IMG/VR virus record: IMGVR_UViG_3300035671_000001
Coordinates: 1-64,000 of that record
DNA from: a virus
Direction: 5' to 3' (one strand)
Length of the DNA stretch: 64,000 nucleotides
Part shown: positions 50,081-59,582 of the stretch, piece after piece
Numbering within the stretch: position 1 is the first letter of the stretch
How the letters are laid out: each line of letters starts with the position of its first letter
Made by a program: the position numbers and the translations under genes
The notes under the pieces: model-generated
What the model was told of the DNA's origin: nothing
The model's database searches: none
Seen by the model: the letters and a program-made list of their open reading frames with translations, nothing else

Positions 50081-50216
50081 TCGACAAGAAGCCAGAGCCA
50101 GGGCGCTTCAACTGGGAGGAGGGCGACAAGGTGGAGGTTGTCGTCGAGTCCGAGCACAGTAAGACGAGCAAGACTACCAAAGACACCACCGACACCCATC
50201 GCAGGCGGGACGAGGA

Positions 50217-51059
50217 GTGAGCGATCCAACGGGCACCGCTAGACTGCGGCGCTCGTTTCAGGCTGAGGGCAATCGCCGTCTCGCGCGCGTGCGCTCGTTG
50301 ACGCACACCGTCTTGGTCGAGCACGATCTGATGGCGGCGCGTAACGATCCGTTGGTGGCGCTGCTACCTCCTCCTGGCCATCGACTGGCGACGTTCACTC
50401 AGTGGTTCGAGCGCACGATTAACGAGCAGCTCGTCAACACGCCGTGGTGGGAGAAGTTTCTCGAACGCGCCTACGAGTCTGGGGTCGCTGCTGGCGGTGA
50501 GCTGACGCGGAGCCCTCCTCGCAGCTACACACCAGTTCCGGCGGTGTACCGCGAGTTTGCCAAACGCGAATTCGCGGGCATCGCTGCCGCCACGATGCAA
50601 CAGGTGAGCAGGCAGGCGGCGGCTGCAGCGATTGGCAGGCGCAAGCCGCTCCCGATGTATCAGCGGGTGCTCGCTGTGCTGCGCAAGATCGGGCATACGC
50701 GCATGAAGGCGGCGGCCAATACGATGGCGGTGCAACTGCACAATGCGGGACGGTTGGCGGCGTTTCGTGAGGCTGGGATTACGCAGGTTGGTATCGATCC
50801 GGAGCGGTTAGAGCCAGCACGGCCGTCACGTTTCATCAAGCACGATCATCGCCTGCACGATCAAACGGAAGAGGAAGAAGTTGACTGGGTGACTGCCGGT
50901 GATGAGCTGGTGTGTCCGATCTGTGAATCGTTGGCGGAGCAAAGCCCTTACAAGATCGATCTCGCGGAGGCGCTGCTACCAGCTCACATCAATTGCAGAT
51001 GCAGTCTACTTCCCGCTGGGCTGCTGTCGCTGGAGGAGCGCCTTGGAGAGTCGGAATGA
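50217..51059 (+). CDS. MuF/SPP1 gp7-like minor head protein
   Basis: W.TAGDE.VCPIC ... PAHINCRC. Confidence 0.75.
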   Translation: MSDPTGTARLRRSFQAEGNRRLARVRSLTHTVLVEHDLMAARNDPLVALLPPPGHRLATFTQWFERTINEQLVNTPWWEKFLERAYESGVAAGGELTRSPPRSYTPVPAVYREFAKREFAGIAAATMQQVSRQAAAAAIGRRKPLPMYQRVLAVLRKIGHTRMKAAANTMAVQLHNAGRLAAFREAGITQVGIDPERLEPARPSRFIKHDHRLHDQTEEEEVDWVTAGDELVCPICESLAEQSPYKIDLAEALLPAHINCRCSLLPAGLLSLEERLGESE

Positions 51060-51745
51060 TCGTCGAGTTCAACATCATGCGGATCGATGATCGCTTCTTC
51101 GCGGTCGCGATCATGAATGATGGCCCGGTGATCGAGATCGGCTTGTTCGACGAGTTCGATGATGCCGAGCTGGCCTGCGCGCGCTTCCGATTGGAGTACG
51201 ACAGGCGGCTGCACTGAGGGAGGAAACCATGACGCTCGGGCTTTGCTTCTGGATCATCATGCTGATCTGGTTCGTGTTCGGATTGGCAATCCACTTCGCC
51301 TTCGTGGCCGGCACGTACGGCGCGATCGGCGGCACGCTGCTGTTGTTCATCTTGTTCTTGATCCTCGGTTGGCAGGTCTTCGGGCCGCCGCTGCGCCGGG
51401 GATCGTGATGGACCGCTCGACCAAGGCAGCCATCGTCATCTTCGTGGTCGTGGTGGTTTTCGTCCTGGCTCTCGCCACCTACGGCTATTGGAGCGGGGCG
51501 TGGGACACCGAGCTGTCGCCGCCATGAGCTGGAACAACCACGACGCCATCCACCGCCACGCCTGCCACGCGCACGAGGACTTCCGCGCGCTGCGCCACGA
51601 CCGCGACAACGAGGCGCTCTGGCACTCGATGTCGCATCATTTACGCCACGTTGTCTTCCGCTCCGGCCATGAGGTCGATCAACCCAGGCGTCGTCACGTC
51701 CGCCGCGCGCACGTAGACAAATCGCACAGATAGGAGAGCTGCCCC

Positions 51746-53572
51746 ATGCCCTACAGCTCGACGAAGAGTCTGCCGTCTGCGGCTAAGAATCTGCCCGAGG
51801 CTGCCAAGAAAATTTGGCTTTCAGCGTTCAACGCTGCAAGCAAAAGCGGAAAGTACACCGAGGAACAAGCCTTCGCTATAGCGATGGCGGCAGTGAAAAA
51901 TCGGTATAAGCAGGTGCAGGGCAAGTGGGTGGCGAAGACCGACAGCGAGCCGCTGTTGCCGCTGTCAGACGAGGAGTTTCCGCTTGAAGTCAAATCCATG
52001 CCTGCGGCTGCCAAGAGCATTTTCAAGGCAGCATTCCGCAAGGCGCGAAAGGAGAAGCCCGACAGTCTGGCTGCCATTCTCGCTCTCACAGCGGTGAAGA
52101 AGCATTTCACGCGGATCGAGGGTGAAGAGGGCGAGGAGTGGGTGAAGAAGGAGGAGGCCGAATCCGCGCGGGAGGAAGAGATTGCTTCGATTCTTGCTGC
52201 CGTCGAGAGCGCAGGAGGAAACGAAGGTGAGGGCGAAGGCGACGACGAGGGCGGAGGTGAGGGCGGCGGAGGTGGTGGCAGTGAGAGCGCTGATCCTAAG
52301 AAGAAGCGCACAGGCGAGACTGCTGAGCCCGGATACACCAAGACCACCAAGACGACAGAGACGACGGAGAGTAGGGCCGCTGGCGCGACGGACAGTATTC
52401 AGCTCACCGAGATGTTCACGCTCGATGCCGATACGTCCAAGCGCTTCGGGATGCACGTCACACCGAACGGTTATCTCGTTGCCGAGCCGCGCGTCGCGCG
52501 CACTGGCATTCAGCTTTACAAGGGCTTCGAAGTCGGTCTTCCGAACATCGATGTGATCCGGATTTATCGGCCCGATGCTGAGGTGTTCGACAAGCGCGCT
52601 ATGGCGTCGCTCGCGCACCGGCCGATCACGCTCGATCATCCCAACGAGAGCGTCGATCCTTCGAATTGGAAAAAGTATGCCGTCGGGCATTCGACTGGCG
52701 ACATCGCGCGCGATGGCGAATTCATTCGAGTGCCGCTGACGCTGATGGATGCAACCGCCATCAATGCGGTGAAGTCCGGCACCACGCAGCTCTCTGTTGG
52801 CTACGGCGCCAAGCTGGTCTGGGGCCAAGGCGAGACCAGCGACGGCCAGCTCTACGACGCAATGCAGACGGACATCAGAGCGAATCACATTGCTCTAGTG
52901 CGAGCCGCACGTGGCGGCGACAAGCTCCGAATGGGAGACAGTCATGAAAGGAGAAAACCTATGACTGAGCGAACATTGAACCTCGATGGCGTTAACATCG
53001 CCCTTGAGGATAAAGACGGACAAATTCTGGAGCGTCATCTTAAGACGCTCAACGATAGTACGGCTGATTTGCGTAAGCTGCTCACCGACGCTCAAGCCGA
53101 GAAAGTCTCGCTCGACGCCAAGGTAGCGGAGCTGACCAAGTCAGTCGGGCTGAAGGACGGTGAGATCGAGGCGCTCAAGCAGAAGCTTGAGGACAACAAG
53201 ATCACGCCGCAGAAGGTCGACGAGGAGATCAACATCCGGATGGATGTGGTTGATCGCGCCACGAGCTTTTTCTCTGACACTAAGTACGTGTGGAAGGGCA
53301 AGAGCAACGAGCAAATCCGGCGTGACGTTGTTGCAGCTCGTATGGGCGACCAGCGGGCCAAGGCAATGGACGATCCGCGCGTCGAGGGTGCATTCCTGAG
53401 CATCACCGATCAGCCGGGTGAGCAGGACGGTTTCCGTCGTATGGCGGACTCGTTCTCGGGGCGGCCAGCCAATGGCGGCTACAACGACAAGGCGGCGGCG
53501 GCCTACGACAAGCGCAACGAAGAGCTTTCGACTCGTTGGATGCGCAACAAGGGCAAGGCCGCTTCCGTCTAA
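51746..53572 (+). CDS. ChaB-like domains fused to a DUF2213 prohead protease/scaffold
   Basis: MPYSS...LP ... LPE.A..IW..AFN ... A.AAVK..Y; ARTGIQ.Y, T.DHP, LSVGY, NHIALV..ARGG. Confidence 0.85.
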   Translation: MPYSSTKSLPSAAKNLPEAAKKIWLSAFNAASKSGKYTEEQAFAIAMAAVKNRYKQVQGKWVAKTDSEPLLPLSDEEFPLEVKSMPAAAKSIFKAAFRKARKEKPDSLAAILALTAVKKHFTRIEGEEGEEWVKKEEAESAREEEIASILAAVESAGGNEGEGEGDDEGGGEGGGGGGSESADPKKKRTGETAEPGYTKTTKTTETTESRAAGATDSIQLTEMFTLDADTSKRFGMHVTPNGYLVAEPRVARTGIQLYKGFEVGLPNIDVIRIYRPDAEVFDKRAMASLAHRPITLDHPNESVDPSNWKKYAVGHSTGDIARDGEFIRVPLTLMDATAINAVKSGTTQLSVGYGAKLVWGQGETSDGQLYDAMQTDIRANHIALVRAARGGDKLRMGDSHERRKPMTERTLNLDGVNIALEDKDGQILERHLKTLNDSTADLRKLLTDAQAEKVSLDAKVAELTKSVGLKDGEIEALKQKLEDNKITPQKVDEEINIRMDVVDRATSFFSDTKYVWKGKSNEQIRRDVVAARMGDQRAKAMDDPRVEGAFLSITDQPGEQDGFRRMADSFSGRPANGGYNDKAAAAYDKRNEELSTRWMRNKGKAASV

Positions 53573-53636
53573 TCCCTTTCCGACGTTCTCCTGACTTCCC
53601 CAAACATTCGTAGCTACTAGCAAAGGAGGCATAACA

Positions 53637-54107
53637 ATGCCTGCTGTTCAGACGACTTATGCAGCCACGATGCAGCCGGGCCTTGAGGGTCAGATTGCAA
53701 CGATGCTCGACGACGATGATGTGGAAACCCGCATTGTCGAAACGGCGGCCGGAATCGCCTTTGGCCGCGCAGTCTCGGAGGGCGCCAACGCGCGCGGCGC
53801 CATCCTCGGCGGGGCCACGAAGTTCATCGGCCTCTCTGCACGTAGCGTCACCGAGGTCATCACGGCCGTGCAGACGGTCGATATGTACCAACGCTACCAG
53901 AACATGGGCGTGATGCTGGAAGGTGACATGTGGGTGCGGCCAGTCGCGGCCGTCACGCACGGTGCACCGGCAACTTACGACTCGACCACCGGGCAGCTCA
54001 ACCCGGCCTCCGCTGGCGTGGCCATCGCGAACTCACGCTACCTCACCTCGGCGGGCGCGGGTGCGTTGGCCCTGCTCCGGCTGACGGCGACTGCGGCGGG
54101 CGCGTAA
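53637..54107 (+). CDS. Capsid decoration/cement protein
   Basis: Lies between scaffold and MCP; I.FG.AV ... V...G..WV. Confidence 0.7.
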   Translation: MPAVQTTYAATMQPGLEGQIATMLDDDDVETRIVETAAGIAFGRAVSEGANARGAILGGATKFIGLSARSVTEVITAVQTVDMYQRYQNMGVMLEGDMWVRPVAAVTHGAPATYDSTTGQLNPASAGVAIANSRYLTSAGAGALALLRLTATAAGA

Positions 54108-54146
54108 GTCGTTCGCTTCCCCACGCACACGCAAGGAGATATCACG

Positions 54147-55103
54147 ATGAACTATCACGCCTCATTCCATGATGCTCAGTCGGCTCTGAGTTTCATGCAG
54201 CAACAGGCTTCCTACATAGAGCCGGTTGTTTACGCCACGCAGTACCCCGAGATTCAATATCCGGACCTCGTGCCCGTAGACACCTCTGGCAACGAGTGGG
54301 CGAAATCCAAAACGTTTTACAGCTCCGACAAAGTCGGGCAGGCGGCTTGGTTTCATCACTTGGCCAATGACGTTCCGATGGCCGACATCGTGCGAAGCAA
54401 GTTCGAGATGGGCCTCGAAATGGCGGCGATCGGCTACTATTACACGCTCGAAGAGATCGGTGTAGCGCAGCAAATTCCCAACATGAACCTCACCACCGAA
54501 CGTGCTGATGCGGCACGGCGGGCCTACGAGGAGTTCATGGAGCGGATCGTCTTCACCGGTGACACGACCAAGAACTGGACCGGGTTGACCAACGACACCA
54601 CCGTCACCGCCGGCAACGCCATCGCAGATGGCACTGGTTCGTCGGCGCTGTGGACGGCCAAGGTGGCCAACCCCGATCTGATTATTCGGGACGTCAACTC
54701 GATCCTGACCGGCATCTACACCGCATCGAACACGGTGGAAATGGCGGACACGCTGCTGTTGCCGATCAACAGCTTCACTCTGCTAGCGAACACACGCTTG
54801 CCTAACACGACGGCGAACGTGCTCGGTTGGCTCCAGCAATACAATACCTACACCGCGATCACGAACCAGCAGCTCACCATCCGCGCGGTGCGGGGCCTCG
54901 ATACGGCAGGCGCCGGCGCCACCGCGCGCATTGTGGCGTATCGCAACGACCCGTCGATCCTCAAGCTGCATCTGCCGATGCCGCACAAGTTCCTCGGTGT
55001 CATGCAAGTGACGGCACTGCGCTATGACATCCCCGGAATCTTCCGCACTGGTGGACTTGAGATCAGGCGGCCGGGGAGCGTTCGCTACCTAGACGGAATC
55101 TAG
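54147..55103 (+). CDS. Major capsid protein (DUF2184 type)
   Basis: IE..VY...YP.I.Y..LVPV, GY.Y.LEE, R.GG.EIRRP....YLDGI. Confidence 0.9.
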   Translation: MNYHASFHDAQSALSFMQQQASYIEPVVYATQYPEIQYPDLVPVDTSGNEWAKSKTFYSSDKVGQAAWFHHLANDVPMADIVRSKFEMGLEMAAIGYYYTLEEIGVAQQIPNMNLTTERADAARRAYEEFMERIVFTGDTTKNWTGLTNDTTVTAGNAIADGTGSSALWTAKVANPDLIIRDVNSILTGIYTASNTVEMADTLLLPINSFTLLANTRLPNTTANVLGWLQQYNTYTAITNQQLTIRAVRGLDTAGAGATARIVAYRNDPSILKLHLPMPHKFLGVMQVTALRYDIPGIFRTGGLEIRRPGSVRYLDGI

Positions 55104-55163
55104 CGCCCGCGAAAACAGTAAGGGCAAAGCTGATCGTTTCGGTTTTTCACAAGGAGCACAGCC

Positions 55164-55616
55164 ATGGCTGAGCAAGAAGTTGCAAAGCGTAAGATCAAGG
55201 TGAAGAACGTCAGTCCGAATGGGCAGCGTTTCCTATTCGACGCGACCGGCAAGCAGCATCTGCTTGGCCCCGGTCAAGAGGCCGAAGTCGAAGTTGCGGA
55301 GCCGGTGGCAAAGCAGATGGAGGAGCAATCCAAAGCTGGCTCCGATCTCCGCATTGATGGTCATGATCCTGAGGAGCCGCCGAAGAACGAGGCAGCGCCA
55401 GAGGTGCCGAAGGAGCACGAGAGCCGCGTTGCTCTGGCGGAAAAGGAGCGCGATCTGATGGAGGCTGGCCAGGAGGCCGATAAGGATCGGCGCGAGAAGG
55501 ACGCCAAGAAGTCCGGCCCGCAGCGTAGGGCCGAGACCGGCATCCACATGTACGCGGATGGGGTTGAGCCAGAAGTCATTGCTTCCCCGCCGGACGCTCC
55601 TCCGAAAAAGAAGTAA
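55164..55616 (+). CDS. Hypothetical virion-associated protein
   Basis: AAGGAG RBS; follows the MCP. Confidence 0.6.
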   Translation: MAEQEVAKRKIKVKNVSPNGQRFLFDATGKQHLLGPGQEAEVEVAEPVAKQMEEQSKAGSDLRIDGHDPEEPPKNEAAPEVPKEHESRVALAEKERDLMEAGQEADKDRREKDAKKSGPQRRAETGIHMYADGVEPEVIASPPDAPPKKK

Positions 55617-55640
55617 GCGCCGCCCAGGCGTTTTCGTTGA

Positions 55641-55666
55641 GGGGCGGCTACCTCGCCCCGTTTTTC
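55641..55666 (+). terminator. Intrinsic terminator after the head genes
   Basis: GGGGCG-loop-CGCCCCG-TTTTT. Confidence 0.6.
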
Positions 55667-55694
55667 TATTCCTAACGCACAGGAGGCCATCCCC

Positions 55695-56372
55695 ATGGCT
55701 AATGCGGTCTATCCACGTTGGAAACAAAGTCTCATGACCGAGGCAGACACCAACAAGTCGCTCGATCAGAGCAGCACCAGCGCGCCGTTCGCGGCACTCG
55801 TCACCACGTCGGGCGGCTACACCTACAGTGCCTCGCACCAGTTCTACAACTCACTCACCAATATCGTCGGCACCGACGTCGCCATTACTACACCCACCGT
55901 GTTGAACGGACTGTTCGATGGCGACGACGTCACCTTTACTTCGGTGACCGGCACGGTGGTCGGTGCGATTGTGATCTATCGCAAGAACGCTGGCGCCAAC
56001 ACGACGTGGCGGCTGGTGCTGTACGAGGACACGAGCGTCACTGGGTTGCCGGTCACGCCGAATGGAGGAAACATAGTTATTACCTGGAATGCGAGTGGTA
56101 TCTTCCAACTTAGCGACAAAGTTGTAAAAGAAAACATTCATAGTCTCGGCTTCTTCGGTCCTGCCGAGCTTGTCGCATACAAGTATCGTGATCACGACGA
56201 GTTGCAGATTGGCTTCATCGCGCAACAGGTAGAGACCTTCGCTCCGCATGCCGTGCGTGAGTTGGGCGGCCTGCGCCACGTGGACTATGCTTCCGCCTTC
56301 GCGGCCGCTGCCGCGTTGGGAGGGATGCATGATCGCGACGGAATGGCTGTACTGGATCGCCGGGTTGCTTGA
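55695..56372 (+). CDS. Virion structural protein with C-terminal peptidase S74-like chaperone domain
   Basis: LPVTPNGG.I.I.W...GIF followed by SD...KENI ... GFIAQ.VE ... VDY. Confidence 0.7.
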   Translation: MANAVYPRWKQSLMTEADTNKSLDQSSTSAPFAALVTTSGGYTYSASHQFYNSLTNIVGTDVAITTPTVLNGLFDGDDVTFTSVTGTVVGAIVIYRKNAGANTTWRLVLYEDTSVTGLPVTPNGGNIVITWNASGIFQLSDKVVKENIHSLGFFGPAELVAYKYRDHDELQIGFIAQQVETFAPHAVRELGGLRHVDYASAFAAAAALGGMHDRDGMAVLDRRVA

Positions 56373-56802
56373 AGGCGAGGGCTGCTTTCAACATCGACGC
56401 AACGGTGACTTGCTTGTTCAAGTCGTCATGACCGATGGCGACATCATCGGTCGTCTACAGACGCTTCTCGGCTTTGGTACATTGAGACAGTCGCGTCTGC
56501 CGTCAGGTAAGACCGGCTTTCGATGGACCTCCACGCATCAGGCAAACACCGCTGGCTTGCTGATGACGGTGCTTCCTTTGATGGGAGCGCGTCGCGCCGA
56601 CAAGATCAGAGAGTGCCTCAAGGCTTGGGGAGCGAAGCCGCTTCGCAAGGCGATGTGGACGCACTGCAAGAACGGTCACGAGCTTTCTGGTGACAACTTG
56701 TGGCTCATTCATGAAGGCAAGTATGAGAAACGTCGTTGCCGTGAATGCGCGCGGCTGCGTCAGATCAAATACAAACAATCGAAACGACCGGAGACCGCAT
56801 GA
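56329..56802 (+). CDS. Free-standing LAGLIDADG-like homing endonuclease with C-terminal Zn finger
   Basis: WIAGLLEGEGCF; THCKNGH...NL...R.CREC. Confidence 0.75.
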   Translation: MIATEWLYWIAGLLEGEGCFQHRRNGDLLVQVVMTDGDIIGRLQTLLGFGTLRQSRLPSGKTGFRWTSTHQANTAGLLMTVLPLMGARRADKIRECLKAWGAKPLRKAMWTHCKNGHELSGDNLWLIHEGKYEKRRCRECARLRQIKYKQSKRPETA

Positions 56803-57116
56803 TTCCTGGTGATCCATTCCGAGGCCTGCCGGAGCAGGAGCGGGCGCTGTTTGAAATCTTCAAGCAGGCGTCCGCCGGCAAGAATGTCGATGCCGTGATC
56901 GGGGCGTCGCTCAATCTTCTGATCAATGTGTTGCGGCAGATGGAGCCGACGCGGGCGGAGGCCGAAGCGCGCTTCGACATGCTGTTCGGCCGCGCCAAGT
57001 CGCTACTGCTCGATCGGCACTACGACAGCGTGACCGGAAAACGCAAGACCGTGTTTCCTTTCACCCAGCAGGTTCGCCTGCCGTTGCACTGGGAAGACGA
57101 CAAGGTGCACGGCTAG
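56799..57116 (+). CDS. Hypothetical protein
   Basis: ATGA coupling. Confidence 0.55.
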   Translation: MIPGDPFRGLPEQERALFEIFKQASAGKNVDAVIGASLNLLINVLRQMEPTRAEAEARFDMLFGRAKSLLLDRHYDSVTGKRKTVFPFTQQVRLPLHWEDDKVHG

Positions 57117-57150
57117 AGACTTTCCTTCTCACGACAAAAGGACAGAAGCC

Positions 57151-57588
57151 ATGGCAATCGCCGGCACGACAGAACAGGCAATCCTCGCTCTCATCTACAA
57201 CGCGACGGCCTGGGCCAATTACGCGGACAATGCCGTCACTTCTCCGCAGGCCAGTATCGCGGTGGCGCTGCATACGGCTGACCCCGGGACCGGCGGCTCG
57301 CAGTCAACCAGCGAGGTCGTCTACACCAGCTATGCCAGGGCCAGCGTCGCTCGCACGACTGGTGGATGGACGATCTCGGGGACGGGTCCGGCGAGCTGCT
57401 CGCCGGTCAGCAACATCACGTTCCCGGCGGGTACCGGCGGCTCCGGCACGGTGACCAACTTCAGCACCGGCAAGACCGGGGGCGGCACCACTCCTATCCT
57501 CTGGTCCGGCACCGTGACGCCGTCGATCGCGGTCGGCAGTGGGGTGACACCGGTTCTCACCAACGCCACGACCATCACGCTGTCATGA
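57151..57588 (+). CDS. Virion structural protein
   Basis: VALHTADPG...E..Y..YAR..V.R ... ITFP motif common in phage tail-associated proteins. Confidence 0.7.
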   Translation: MAIAGTTEQAILALIYNATAWANYADNAVTSPQASIAVALHTADPGTGGSQSTSEVVYTSYARASVARTTGGWTISGTGPASCSPVSNITFPAGTGGSGTVTNFSTGKTGGGTTPILWSGTVTPSIAVGSGVTPVLTNATTITLS

Positions 57589-58016
57589 ACCATGCCGCAG
57601 CGTTCCGGCGCTGCCTCGTCGACCTCGACGTGGTCGGGGTCTGTGAACTGTGGTTTCACGTCGCGCCAGGACTGCCGCAGCCGAGGAACAACGAGGAGGC
57701 GCTCGTCACCCTGCACCACGCGCGCACGCAGGCTCACTCAATACCGCACAGGCTGCGTTGCTACTCGCACGCGTGGCTGCGTGAGCGCGGCCTGCCGTCG
57801 GGGCTGCCCGATGGGCTGAGGGCGAAAGCGGATCGCATGTACCCGCGCCGGGTAGAGGCGGTGGGTATCGCGGTGAAGGCGCTGTCGGGCGACCATGAGC
57901 GGGCGCGCGCGGTCGAGCGGGCGATGTCCGACGCCGTGGCCGAGTGCTACGCGGCCGGCGTCACCGATCCCGTTGTCGTCAAGGCTCGAATGGACGCGGC
58001 GCGGCGCGGCATGTGA
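57585..58016 (+). CDS. Hypothetical protein
   Basis: ATGA coupling. Confidence 0.55.
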   Translation: MNHAAAFRRCLVDLDVVGVCELWFHVAPGLPQPRNNEEALVTLHHARTQAHSIPHRLRCYSHAWLRERGLPSGLPDGLRAKADRMYPRRVEAVGIAVKALSGDHERARAVERAMSDAVAECYAAGVTDPVVVKARMDAARRGM

Positions 58017-58022
58017 GCGGAC

Positions 58023-59582
58023 ATGGCAGACTGGTACGTCAGCTCCGCCGCTTATGCCGCCGTCCCGGCTTGGCAGGCGACGCACGCGTACACCGTCGGG
58101 CAGTTCGTCAGGCCAACGGCGGGGGCTATTGGAACGTCGTGGGTGTACCGCTGCACGACGGCTGGGACGTCCAGTGGGACAGAGCCGGTTTGGGGCACGG
58201 TAGCTGGCGCCAACAACGATCCTTTCACCGACGGCACGGCAGGCTTCACCAACGTCACCGGGCAGTCCGCCTACGGCTGGAGCGCGGCGGCTGGCACGCT
58301 CTACACCTTGACTGGCGGCAACGCGCGAGTACGACTGACCACGCCGACGGAACGAGTCTTCCTCTCCAGCGACCACAGCGAGAGCAGCGTCAGCCCGGGC
58401 AGCTCGTACACCCAAAACAACGGTGGGTTCATCGCTTTCGGTCTTACGCAATTTATCTCGGTGAACCGCGCAGGCTCGGTACCGCCGGTCGCGGCCGACG
58501 TCCAGTCCGGCGCCTCGATCACGGTGACCGGCGCGAGCCTTGTGATAGACGCCTGCACCGAAGTTTTTTGGCAAGGCATAACCTTCACCGTTGCCGGTGG
58601 AGCGACGAACTACAACCTTTATTTCTGCGGGGGCAGCACCGGGTACAAGCAGCACTACTTCAAGAACTGCGCGCTCGTGATCTCGAACACGAACGTCAAC
58701 TCGCGCATGGGGCCGAATGGCACCGCTCCCAAGGTGGTGTTCGACAATACAACCGTTCAGTTCGGCAACGCCAGCCAATCCATCACGGTCGGCTTTTCAA
58801 TAGAGTACATTTGGATTAACACGCCGTCCGCGATCCAGGGCGCGACGTTGCCGACCTCGTTGTTCACTACTTCATCAAACACCTTCTTGTTGGTGACTGC
58901 TCGTGGCGTTGACTTCAGTGCACTTACTGGGAGCTTCGTGACCGGCAGCACCGTCAGCGGTGGCACCCCCTACAAAATCCTGCTGGATAGCTGCAGAATC
59001 AATTCGGCGCTCAATCGTGCGGGCACGAACGTCGCGTTGGTCTCTGACGAGATCGAACTGGTGAATTGCTTCGACGGCACCAACGTCCTCAACGAGCGTT
59101 ACACGCCAGCGGGTGTCGTCATCACCGACCGCAGCACCACGCTGAGCGGCGGGGCGCAGGACGATGCCGGTGCATACAGCATTAAACTGGTATCGAGCAC
59201 CCGCTCCGAGAAGCAGGTCATGCTCCTGGACAGCTTCTGGCTGGACGTCGAGAACGCGCTGGTCGGCTCCGCGCGCACGGCAACGGTGGAGATCATCTCG
59301 TCGGCGTCGCTCAACAACGACGACATCCGGTTGTTCCTGGAATACATGGGGACGGGTGGATCGGCCGTCGCGTCGTTCGCCGACAGCCTCGCGTCGGTGC
59401 TGACCGCGTCGGCGGCGCTGACCACCTCCGCCAACACCTGGAACAACCCGCCGAGCACGCCGGTCAAGCAGCTCCTGCAGATGACGTTCACCCCGCAGGC
59501 GGCCGGGCGGGTGCGCGGGCTGGTGCGACTAGGTAAGGTCTCGGCCACGGTCTGGGTCAACCCGCAGCTCACGATCACCTAG
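58023..59582 (+). CDS. Tail-associated protein, paralog 1
   Basis: Begins MADWYVSS; shared ELVNCFDGTN and GRVRGLVRLGK motifs. Confidence 0.7.
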   Translation: MADWYVSSAAYAAVPAWQATHAYTVGQFVRPTAGAIGTSWVYRCTTAGTSSGTEPVWGTVAGANNDPFTDGTAGFTNVTGQSAYGWSAAAGTLYTLTGGNARVRLTTPTERVFLSSDHSESSVSPGSSYTQNNGGFIAFGLTQFISVNRAGSVPPVAADVQSGASITVTGASLVIDACTEVFWQGITFTVAGGATNYNLYFCGGSTGYKQHYFKNCALVISNTNVNSRMGPNGTAPKVVFDNTTVQFGNASQSITVGFSIEYIWINTPSAIQGATLPTSLFTTSSNTFLLVTARGVDFSALTGSFVTGSTVSGGTPYKILLDSCRINSALNRAGTNVALVSDEIELVNCFDGTNVLNERYTPAGVVITDRSTTLSGGAQDDAGAYSIKLVSSTRSEKQVMLLDSFWLDVENALVGSARTATVEIISSASLNNDDIRLFLEYMGTGGSAVASFADSLASVLTASAALTTSANTWNNPPSTPVKQLLQMTFTPQAAGRVRGLVRLGKVSATVWVNPQLTIT

